Below are positions 1 through 7,353 of a stretch of 32,000 bases of DNA, piece after piece (the stretch's first letter is position 1; every line of letters starts with the position of its first letter). Origin of the DNA: an uncultured Chloroflexia bacterium (GTDB taxonomy: Bacteria; Chloroflexota; Ktedonobacteria; Ktedonobacterales; JADMIN01); the NCBI GenBank assembly GCA_963718915.1, contig CAVRAI010000014.1, forward strand, positions 60,001-92,000, written 5' to 3'. The position numbers were made by a program, and so were the translations under genes. A model generated the notes under the pieces. That model was given only the letters and a program-made list of their open reading frames with translations, had not been told where the DNA came from and made no database searches.

Positions 1-1
1 G

Positions 2-376
2 GTGCTACGTCCCGGCGGGCGGCTGGTGCTGATCGACAACATCGCGCCCGAAGACGCGGCGCTGGACGAGTTGGGCAACCGCTGGGAAAAGTGGCGCGAC
101 CCCAGCCACGTGCGCAATTACACCGCGAGCGAGTGGCGGACGTTTCTAGCGGATGCGGGCCTCGAAATCACCGACGAGGAGACACAGCGCAAGACATACG
201 ACTTCGTCTCCTGGACCGCACGCATGCGGATGCCAACGGATGAGCGCGCGAAGCTGGAGGCCGACATTCTGGGCGCTTCACCGGAGGCACGCGAATACTT
301 CGCGGTGACGGAGGCGGACGGCCACCTCGTCAGTTGGAGCGCGGACTTCCTGATTGCCCGCGCCGTCAAGCAATGA
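2..376 (+). CDS. class I SAM-dependent methyltransferase, C-terminal part (5' end outside window)
   Basis: ORF is open from the window edge. LRPGGRLVLID resembles the strand after the SAM-binding motifs of Methyltransf_11-type enzymes and is followed by a C-terminal cap region. Stop at 374-376. Confidence 0.6.
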   Translation: MLRPGGRLVLIDNIAPEDAALDELGNRWEKWRDPSHVRNYTASEWRTFLADAGLEITDEETQRKTYDFVSWTARMRMPTDERAKLEADILGASPEAREYFAVTEADGHLVSWSADFLIARAVKQ

Positions 377-396
377 TGTGTAGTACACAAAGCTGA

Positions 397-948
397 TTAT
401 GAACGGACAGGCCCAGTAGTAAGAGGAAACGTCGAGATGGTTCCCATCACATCGAGGCGCACCATATCGCCTTCCACCTGGTAATCCCAGGGTGGCTCGA
501 CGAAGGTTGTCCAGAGCTTGTTGGCCTGGGTATCCCACGCGGCCAGTTCCAGTTCGGCGGACATCACTATTGTCTCGCCATGGCGCTGCCAGTCGTGGAA
601 GCCAGTATCGGCGCCATCTTCCCATAACCGTAGAGGCTGTTTCAGGTCATAGGCCAGGAGGCGATCTCCGGCCCCAACGAAGAGAATGTGTGTCTCTGGC
701 ACAAGCAGAATACCGGGGTGAGAGCCTGCCCAATGGTTTGGCCAATAACGCTGGATGACGCGAAGAAACGGCCAGTCAAGTCCTTTTTGTACCGCGAGAT
801 AGAAGACGTCCCAGTCGGTGTGTTCGAGGCCAAACTCCTCTGAGAGCGCCGCGGGCGGACCGTAATACTCAGGAATACTTTCCGTCATCCTCACGACATA
901 GTCGGATAGCGTCACCTGGATCACTATGTCGCCTACTTTCTTACTCAT
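397..948 (-). CDS. hypothetical Trp-rich protein (about 183 aa), last gene of the left-hand cluster
   Basis: ORF 397..972. I prefer the ATG at 948 (MSKKVGD...) because plus-strand tcat at 945-948 gives an ATGA overlap with the GNAT stop. No family recognised. Visibly lower G+C than its neighbours. Confidence 0.55.
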   Translation of the reverse strand: MSKKVGDIVIQVTLSDYVVRMTESIPEYYGPPAALSEEFGLEHTDWDVFYLAVQKGLDWPFLRVIQRYWPNHWAGSHPGILLVPETHILFVGAGDRLLAYDLKQPLRLWEDGADTGFHDWQRHGETIVMSAELELAAWDTQANKLWTTFVEPPWDYQVEGDMVRLDVMGTISTFPLTTGPVRS

Positions 949-1808
949 CCCAGCGGCAGCAGCATCTCCCACTGGGTGTGGGGTGTCGGGCAGCCCAGCG
1001 ACAGGAGCGCGTCACCGAGCGGGTCGCCCGGCGCTACATTGATCGCCCGGAGCGGCGCGCCCGGCGTCGGGGCCATCAGCGCGCGAATTAGCGCCAGCGC
1101 ATCATCGCGGCGCGCTTCGGGGGTGGCGGCACGGGAGCCGAAATCCATGATGCTGAAGCCGAGACCAGATGGCATGTGAATCAGCGTGGCCCGGATGCCG
1201 TTCCCATCCATCAGAGCGGAGGCGTGGAGCGATGGCGCCATGTGCGCCAGTGAGGGACGATCCCGCTGCCATGGCGGCGGCGGCTGATGGAGCGCGGTGA
1301 AGTCGGCCAGCGCCTGCTCGACGGTGACATCCTCTACCGAATACAGCTCTTCGGCCAGAATCGCCCCTTCGGCCAGTGGTCCGGTGAAGACCGCCAGCGA
1401 CCGCACCTCCTCGAAGCCAAGGCGGGTGTAGAGCCGCCGCGCGGGGATATTCTGCGCCAGCGCCTCTAGCTCGACGGCGGCCAACCCAAGCGTCCGCGCC
1501 TCGTTCAGCGCCGCCTCCATCAGCGGAGCCGCCTGACCGCGCCCGCGCCACTGCGGCGCAAGCCCCATCCCAGCGATCCAGCCGCGCGACCCGCGTATCG
1601 CCAGCATGACCACGCCGCTGAGCTGTCCCTGTTCATCCACCGCGACGAATGAATGATCCAGCGCGACATCGTTCACCTCGATGAGCATGCGCAATGAGTC
1701 AACGGTGTGGGTCATCGGCACAAAATAGCCTTCAAACGAGCGATTGAAGGCCTCGACGACACGCTCTGGCGCGAGCGTCTCTGCTCGCAGATAGGTCAGG
1801 GTCTCCAC
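945..1808 (-). CDS. GNAT family N-acetyltransferase (two-lobed, 287 aa)
   Basis: AcCoA-binding motif A region: VVMLAIRGSRGWIAGMGLAPQWRGRGQAAPLMEAALNEARTLG...ARRLYTRLGFEE. GTG start at 1808, 22 nt after the stop of the upstream gene. Confidence 0.75.
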   Translation of the reverse strand: METLTYLRAETLAPERVVEAFNRSFEGYFVPMTHTVDSLRMLIEVNDVALDHSFVAVDEQGQLSGVVMLAIRGSRGWIAGMGLAPQWRGRGQAAPLMEAALNEARTLGLAAVELEALAQNIPARRLYTRLGFEEVRSLAVFTGPLAEGAILAEELYSVEDVTVEQALADFTALHQPPPPWQRDRPSLAHMAPSLHASALMDGNGIRATLIHMPSGLGFSIMDFGSRAATPEARRDDALALIRALMAPTPGAPLRAINVAPGDPLGDALLSLGCPTPHTQWEMLLPLG

Positions 1809-1830
1809 AGTGGTCCTTTTTCGCGGATAA

Positions 1831-2727
1831 TTAGCCGATGATATCCAGTAAGTGCAGCGGCAGGCTCACACGCTCGCCGGTATCCAGCTCGACGGTGGCG
1901 CAGCGGGTGCGCAGTCCGGCGGCGTCCACCGCCATATGCGCGGGGACATGGCGAATCATCCCCCGCATCCCACGGCGCGCGCCAGCGGCCACGCGCACGA
2001 TGGCTCCCGGCCGGAGCAGCACCGGAGGCGGCACATATTCGCCCACCGCCAGATCAGGGCGCGAGAGCAGCACCTCTGGCCGCACATTCTGGCGCGGATG
2101 TGAGGTGCCGTTGACGAGCGCCATCTCGCCCTCGCGGCGACGGAGCAGCGTCTGCATCTCCATCTGCATCGCGGCATCCCCCAGCCCCTCGGTCAGGATG
2201 ACGACCAGCGGCCCCGGCACCGCCAGCGGAATCCGCTGTTCGAGGAATGCGCTGATATCGGCACGGGCAAAGGACTCCAGTTCCAGCGCGGAGGCGCTCG
2301 CGGCGATTACACCCATCGCGCCATGGGCCGCGGCCCGTTGCAGTAATGTCAGTGGCGCACGCTGGGGATAGACGAGGATGGCTCCGCGTGGAATCAGCGC
2401 CACCGCTGGCGATTCACCCTGTGGCAGGAAAGCCAGCGGCCCAGCGGCGCTCTCGCCCAGGCCAATCAACCCCTGCAATAGCGTCGCCACGCCCTCGATG
2501 ATGATCCCCTTGCCCGGCGTCACCGCGATGACGCGGCCATCGATGCCCGCCAGCACCGGCGCGCGCCCGTTCTGCGTGGCGATCTCGGCGATAGGTTGCA
2601 GCGCACTGACACCATCTCCGGTCTGCACGCGCACCACCGCGCCCGGAGGAATCGGCCTGCGGCGACGCACCGTGATGGATGGCGCGATTGGGCGGCCCAG
2701 CGGGTAATCCAGCGCGACGTTGCTCAC
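1831..2727 (-). CDS. hypothetical protein with an N-terminal barrel-hybrid-like segment and a C-terminal KOW/SH3-like segment
   Basis: 298-aa ORF. GTG start at 2727 overlaps the stop of the upstream ATPase gene (GTGA at 2724-2727). The N-terminus (GAVVRVQTGDGVSALQPIAEI...LAGIDGRVIAV) resembles lipoyl/hybrid barrels. The C-terminus (GAIVRVAAGARRGMRGMIRHV...VELDTGERVSLPLHLLD) is KOW-like. Domain calls are by eye only. Confidence 0.6.
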   Translation of the reverse strand: MSNVALDYPLGRPIAPSITVRRRRPIPPGAVVRVQTGDGVSALQPIAEIATQNGRAPVLAGIDGRVIAVTPGKGIIIEGVATLLQGLIGLGESAAGPLAFLPQGESPAVALIPRGAILVYPQRAPLTLLQRAAAHGAMGVIAASASALELESFARADISAFLEQRIPLAVPGPLVVILTEGLGDAAMQMEMQTLLRRREGEMALVNGTSHPRQNVRPEVLLSRPDLAVGEYVPPPVLLRPGAIVRVAAGARRGMRGMIRHVPAHMAVDAAGLRTRCATVELDTGERVSLPLHLLDIIG

Positions 2728-4538
2728 AATTCGTTCTCCCCACGAAGCGCCTTCCGCCAGGCGCGCAACTGTTGCACGCGCATCTCAGGATCGGACGGCA
2801 GGAGTAGCGGACGCCCACGGGCGTCGACAATCAGGCCGAGAACGCCTCCCTCGACCGGCTCGCTCGACCGCGCGTGCTGGCCCGGCCCCAGGCCAATATC
2901 CACATTCGGCGCTGGATAGAGCGAGAGCAGCACGCGGTCGCCGGGAGCCACCGGCAGCCGCACGAGCGTGCCACTGGCAATCTCCGCCTCCTCCTGCCGC
3001 CCATCCAGAAATTCCATCACAACGCGCAGCGCCAGTTGGCCCTCAGGCGCGTCGCCATGGATCGAGATGGCGGAGCCGAGCAACAGCGGCACGGCGTCGG
3101 TGCTGGAAAGCGCCGCCGCGATATCGGGCGAGACCATCGCCAGGTTGCCGATCATACCAGCAATCTGCGCGCTATCGAGCACCAGCGAGGTGATGCCCCG
3201 TGGCTGGAGGCCATCCAGCAGGACTAGCGCGGCGTCGGCGGGATGGGCGACATGCGCCAGCACGCCCCCCGTGCCGAGCACGATATCCATCGGGTGCAGG
3301 CCCGCCATCCGGGTGCCGGGCGCGTGCATCGCCAGCCGGATGGCTTCGCGGGCGAGCGCATACTGGATTTCGAGCGCGAGTGGTGTCGCTGGCAGCAGAC
3401 GCGGGCGCAGCATGTGAGTCAGGACGTATTCGCGCAGATCATCCTCATCGATCGGCGCGGCGATCCAGCGGAGGATGCTGTCGATGCCCACAGCGCGCGC
3501 CAACTGTGCGCTGCCCGCGCCAACGCCCGCCGTCGGATGCACCGCGGGCAAAAACTCACCCTTGGCGGTGGCTCCGGCCAGTTCGGTCGAGCTCGCGCCG
3601 ACATCCACCGCGACGACATTCATCTGAAAATGATGCGCCAGGAAACGCGCCACACCACCCAGCGAGGTCACCGTGGCCAGCGGGGGCGTCGCCACCATAC
3701 GACGTAATGCCGCGTATCCGGGCGCCTCGCGCAGCACACAACTCTCGTAGAGCGCGCTCACGGCTCGTGTCAGGGGCGCCAGCGTCGACGGCGAGAGCGC
3801 CTCGACACTCTGCGCGTTCGTGCGCCCTTGTAGCGTCGTGGCGACGACCTGCGCGTCAGACGGCGCGCCGCTGAAAATGACTGGGAGGCCCGGCGGACGC
3901 GGGTAGGAGACATCCATCGGGGTTGGCTGGAGCATATCAATTGCTCGCACGACTGACTGCGCGGTGTTGGCAATCGCGTTGCCGGGCAGCTGCGTTGGCG
4001 ATCCAACAATCAACGCCGCATGCGGCTGAATCGCGCGCAGACTCGCGGCGAGGCGGTGCAGGTCGCTCTCGGAGAGCGGCGCATCGGGTGGTGGCAGTTG
4101 GATCGTCTCGAGCTGGATGAACAGTCCGCTGAGCGCGCGCTGTAAGAGCATCGCCAGCGATTCGCGTCCAGGCCCAAGCGTCATCAGGCGCATTGGCCCC
4201 CCGGCGCTCGATACCAGCACGGCGAGGTCTACCCCTGCGCCATCCTCATCCTCAGGCTGAATTGGCTGGCCCGCGCGCATCAGGATGCGGCCGGTGATCC
4301 GCTCGATCTCACCCATGGCGTTGCGCACGCCGAGCATGATATCGGCCTGGGGCGCGGCGAGCGTCGTGGGAACGCTGACGCTCGCCAGCATCCGGTAGCG
4401 ACTCTCCACCAGGCCCACCAGCGCCGCCTTGGTAAAAGCTGACCCGCAATCAAGCAGCAGCAGCGAACGCGCGGCGCCCGGCTGACGACCGCGCCCAGCA
4501 TCCGGCGACTGCGTCGCATTACTCGTGGCGCCCAACAC
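2724..4538 (-). CDS. GlmL/MutL-like ASKHA (actin-fold) ATPase, 604 aa, with a C-terminal extension
   Basis: Phosphate-1 motif LLLLDCGSAFTKAALVG, phosphate-2 motif VVAVDVGASSTELAG and adenosine motif IVLGTGGVLAH, as in the glutamate mutase L (GlmL) family. AAGGAGG lies 5 nt upstream of the GTG at 4538. Confidence 0.75.
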   Translation of the reverse strand: MLGATSNATQSPDAGRGRQPGAARSLLLLDCGSAFTKAALVGLVESRYRMLASVSVPTTLAAPQADIMLGVRNAMGEIERITGRILMRAGQPIQPEDEDGAGVDLAVLVSSAGGPMRLMTLGPGRESLAMLLQRALSGLFIQLETIQLPPPDAPLSESDLHRLAASLRAIQPHAALIVGSPTQLPGNAIANTAQSVVRAIDMLQPTPMDVSYPRPPGLPVIFSGAPSDAQVVATTLQGRTNAQSVEALSPSTLAPLTRAVSALYESCVLREAPGYAALRRMVATPPLATVTSLGGVARFLAHHFQMNVVAVDVGASSTELAGATAKGEFLPAVHPTAGVGAGSAQLARAVGIDSILRWIAAPIDEDDLREYVLTHMLRPRLLPATPLALEIQYALAREAIRLAMHAPGTRMAGLHPMDIVLGTGGVLAHVAHPADAALVLLDGLQPRGITSLVLDSAQIAGMIGNLAMVSPDIAAALSSTDAVPLLLGSAISIHGDAPEGQLALRVVMEFLDGRQEEAEIASGTLVRLPVAPGDRVLLSLYPAPNVDIGLGPGQHARSSEPVEGGVLGLIVDARGRPLLLPSDPEMRVQQLRAWRKALRGENEL

Positions 4539-4555
4539 GCTCGCCTCCTTGTCGC

Positions 4556-6250
4556 CTAGCCGCGTCTCAAGAACCCGAAGAACCCACCCTTGCGCTTCTT
4601 CGGCGCCTGTGCCGGTTGCTGGCGGGTCGGTTGTTGTCGGCCTCGGCGCGATGTCTCATAGCCGTCGCGGGCATCTCGCGCGGCCCGTGATCGCCCTGTC
4701 TGGCCCTCGGGCATCCGCCCGCGCTGTCCGGGTTGTCCGGGTTGTCCGGGTTGCCCGCGATGCCCATTCCGGCCGTTCTGAGCGCCATAGTCGCCATAGT
4801 CTTCGTAGGCTTGAGGGTCATTAAGGTCATTGTAGCCATCATTGCCACCGTAGCCGTTATACCCGTTCCGGCCGTTGTCGGCTCTGCCCTGGCGTCCGGA
4901 TGGATGGGCCGCATGGTCGCCCTGGCCATATCCCCCTTGAGACTCTTCACGGAGCCACCCTGGTTTCTCTCTCTCGCCCAGCGGTCGCGCCGCCTGTTGT
5001 TTGCGCGATGCCGCGCCGCGATTGGCGGTTCCGGCCTGCGACGCGCCAAAGTCGCGCTCAGCGGCCGGGTTCGCGACAGGTGGCGCCGGTACCCGGCTGG
5101 TGCGCTCGCGCGCGAGGTTGTTGTCTGGCGCCTGTGCCTCATTGCCACGCACCCATCCTGGCAGCATGGAGGGGTCGATCAAATCGGAGGCTGACCATCC
5201 CGGCTGCGCTGCCGCGCCAGCGGCAGACTGCGGCATACCGCCTTGCCGGGGGACGCCCGCCTGTCCCTGATTCCGCATCCATTCGGGGAGCGCGCTGGGG
5301 TCGACAAGCTGGTTGGCGGAGAACCCCGGCTGACCATTCATCGGAACAGGCGCCTGCTGCTGCATTGGCCTCTGCATTGGTGTCTGCATTGGTGTCTGCA
5401 TCGGCATCCCCGCGTACCCCGCTGGCGGGATGGCGTTCCCGACGGGGACAGCGGGGTATCCGCCCCAGCCTGGCGCGGCGGGGGGCGGTGGCGCGGCGAC
5501 TGGCGCCTGCGCGGGAGACGCTGGCTCATTGCGCATCCACCCCGGCAGAGCGGCCTCATCCACCAGCGATTGGGCGCGCATACCCTCGCCTCCACGCATG
5601 CCGTCGGGCGCTACCTGTCCCTGCTGGCCACCAAGCCAGGTAGGCAGGGCATTGGGATCGAGCAGCGAACTGGCGGGCATGCCACCACCAGCGAGCGGTC
5701 CCTGATAACTGCCCGCGTTCTCGATGGACGGGAATGCGTTGGCGTCGGGCCGTTGAACTGGCGGTTCCTGCGCCGGGGCGGGCGCGTAGCCACCGTATGC
5801 GCCATTGCCACCATAGCCCGGCGCGGGTGGCTGATTGGCAGGGGGATATGCGGGAGGATATGCGGGAGGATATGCGGGAGGATATGCCTGCTGGGGAGGG
5901 TAGCCCGGCGCTCCCGGTGTTCCGGGAATCGGCTGACGCTGTGTCGGCTGCGCCGAGTCCGCTGAGGCCTGGCGGAGCCAGTCGGGCAGCGCCTCCTCAC
6001 TCACAAGCTCGTTCACCGAGAAGCCCGGTCGCGCGGCTGGCTGTCCCGGCCCATACCCCGGCGCTGGTTGCTGGTACTGCTGAGGCGCCTGCGCTGGTTG
6101 CGGCGGCGCCTGATAGCCCCAGGCAGCGGCTGTTCCATCATAGCCGTTGGCCTGATACTGCTGGGCGGGTGGCGCGAATCGCTGGCCGCAACGCGGACAC
6201 GCTGGGACGGGAGCTTGAAGCGGCTGGCCACAACGCGGACAAGTTGTCAC
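4556..6250 (-). CDS. zinc-ribbon protein with a long Pro/Gln/Gly/Tyr-rich disordered region, repeated ALPxW(L/M)R motifs and a basic amphipathic C-terminus
   Basis: N-terminus is MTTCPRCGQPLQAPVPACPRCGQ (2 x CxxC). GAGGAG lies 5 nt upstream of the GTG at 6250. Has 5-6 copies of L(V/I/L)(D/S)xx(A/M)LPxW(L/M/V)(R/G) and ends in KKRKGGFFGFLRRG. Confidence 0.75.
   Translation of the reverse strand: MTTCPRCGQPLQAPVPACPRCGQRFAPPAQQYQANGYDGTAAAWGYQAPPQPAQAPQQYQQPAPGYGPGQPAARPGFSVNELVSEEALPDWLRQASADSAQPTQRQPIPGTPGAPGYPPQQAYPPAYPPAYPPAYPPANQPPAPGYGGNGAYGGYAPAPAQEPPVQRPDANAFPSIENAGSYQGPLAGGGMPASSLLDPNALPTWLGGQQGQVAPDGMRGGEGMRAQSLVDEAALPGWMRNEPASPAQAPVAAPPPPAAPGWGGYPAVPVGNAIPPAGYAGMPMQTPMQTPMQRPMQQQAPVPMNGQPGFSANQLVDPSALPEWMRNQGQAGVPRQGGMPQSAAGAAAQPGWSASDLIDPSMLPGWVRGNEAQAPDNNLARERTSRVPAPPVANPAAERDFGASQAGTANRGAASRKQQAARPLGEREKPGWLREESQGGYGQGDHAAHPSGRQGRADNGRNGYNGYGGNDGYNDLNDPQAYEDYGDYGAQNGRNGHRGQPGQPGQPGQRGRMPEGQTGRSRAARDARDGYETSRRGRQQPTRQQPAQAPKKRKGGFFGFLRRG
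4724..4757. repeat. in-frame 9-bp tandem repeat (ttgtccggg, about 3.7 units) encoding (GQP)n
   Basis: Read directly: ctgtccggg ttgtccggg ttgtccggg ttgcccg. Lies inside CDS 4556..6250. Confidence 0.9.
5360..5407. repeat. in-frame 12-bp tandem repeat (ctgcattggtgt, 4 units) encoding (MQTP)n
   Basis: Read directly: ctgcattggcct ctgcattggtgt ctgcattggtgt ctgcatcggcat. Confidence 0.9.
5844..5888. repeat. in-frame 12-bp tandem repeat (ggatatgcggga, about 3.75 units) encoding (PPAY)n
   Basis: Read directly: ggatatgcggga x3 followed by ggatatgcc. Confidence 0.9.
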
Positions 6251-6834
6251 GATACTCCTCGATTCAATAGGGCAGCGCCTGCGTGACCATCATCGTGCGA
6301 AGGGCGGCCAGTGCTAGTGGGTTATCTTTTGTGCTCTTAAACCAACAATAATTGCGATGTTCAGAATCCCCGGTGCGAGAATGTATCTCAGGCCGTGCGC
6401 CAGTGTATCACTCACGCCGTAGCCCCGCAACCCGACAGCCCTTTTGTAGCAGTGGCAATCTTCGGTCGGATCGTCGTGGGACATTCCCCTAAGCCATTGT
6501 ATCCGCTTGACACGCCAGATAGCCATCTCAGGGCGAAATTGTGACTCCCCTCATACTACGCAAGCAACGAAGCGTGCTGCCATTATGATGCCATATCTTA
6601 TTCTGCGTGGCAAGCTAGCGATACGTACCGCAAGCGGAATTCGTCAGAACTTCCAGGGTCTGCTACGCAATTTGGTACGTGCGCAAACGCTCCTTGTCTG
6701 GTACGATTACATCGAGCAAGAGAGCGTGGACGGCTCTACCTCCTTTTTCGGCTGTGCGGCGGCGTCTCGCCACGTATGGCAATGACTGTATCGTGAGCCG
6801 CCGCTCACCCTTGCCGTCGAGAGGGGGCACATCC

Positions 6835-7176
6835 ATGGCACGACGAAAGCAAGCTGTTGAGGTCGCCGCGGAGACGGAACCCGAGCAACCAAAACGACGC
6901 CGCGGACCACGCGCGGGATCAGAGAACGCGCGCCGTGGCGGCATGGCCGTCCGGGAGAAGTATGGGCCTGAGTTCTTCGCCAGGATTGGCTCGAAGGGCG
7001 GTCGTACTGTCCGCGAGCGGCGCGGTCCAGAATTTTACGCGAATATTGGGCGGCTTGGAGGCCAGACAACCCGTGATACGCTTGGTGTCGAACACTACGA
7101 GCGGATTGGTCGGATGGGCGGTCTGCGGGCGCGTCGGCGCGAGCGGGACGCGCAAGAGGCGGGCAAGTCTGAGTAG
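6835..7176 (+). CDS. KGG-repeat general stress protein (GsiB/Con-10-like)
   Basis: Three repeats of G(P/V)E(F/H)(F/Y)xxIGxxGG: YGPEFFARIGSKGG, RGPEFYANIGRLGG, LGVEHYERIGRMGG. The ATG at 6835 is preceded by gagaggggg. The longer ORF from 6679 has an implausible N-terminus. Confidence 0.75.
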   Translation: MARRKQAVEVAAETEPEQPKRRRGPRAGSENARRGGMAVREKYGPEFFARIGSKGGRTVRERRGPEFYANIGRLGGQTTRDTLGVEHYERIGRMGGLRARRRERDAQEAGKSE

Positions 7177-7290
7177 GTGTTTGTCACGATGGAGCGCGTT
7201 CCATATCCATTGACCGGAGCGCTGTCGCGTTCAAGGTCAACTGGCTGCACGTGGTTGTAGGTTTAAATCAGGTAAAGCAGATCGATATCC

Positions 7291-7316
7291 GCCGACATCC
7301 CGCGAAGGATGTCGGC
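7291..7316. terminator. 10-bp perfect hairpin between convergent genes (candidate bidirectional terminator)
   Basis: gccgacatcc-cgcgaa-ggatgtcggc followed by attgtgttg on the plus strand. It lies between the KGG gene stop (7176) and the monooxygenase stop (7354). Confidence 0.45.
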
Positions 7317-7353
7317 ATTGTGTTGCTCGTCGTCTATTCCAGCCAAGTGGATC

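Noticed and set aside
945-1808. GNAT gene plus the following small gene as a GNAT-toxin/antitoxin pair.
   Set aside because: The GNAT protein is a 287-aa two-lobed enzyme. The partner is 183 aa, sits downstream and has no RHH/HTH features, so the pair does not fit known GNAT-type TA architecture.
6314-6526. 70-aa minus-strand ORF in the long spacer, with a possible 56-aa version starting MSHDDPTED... that has a hydrophobic C-terminus.
   Set aside because: It has no RBS and no recognisable family, and its composition is atypical. It cannot be supported from sequence alone, though a small membrane peptide is not excluded.
6738-6746. acctccttt, identical to the conserved 3' end of 16S rRNA (the anti-SD region).
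   Set aside because: It is an isolated 9-mer with no surrounding rRNA-like sequence, so it is a coincidence.
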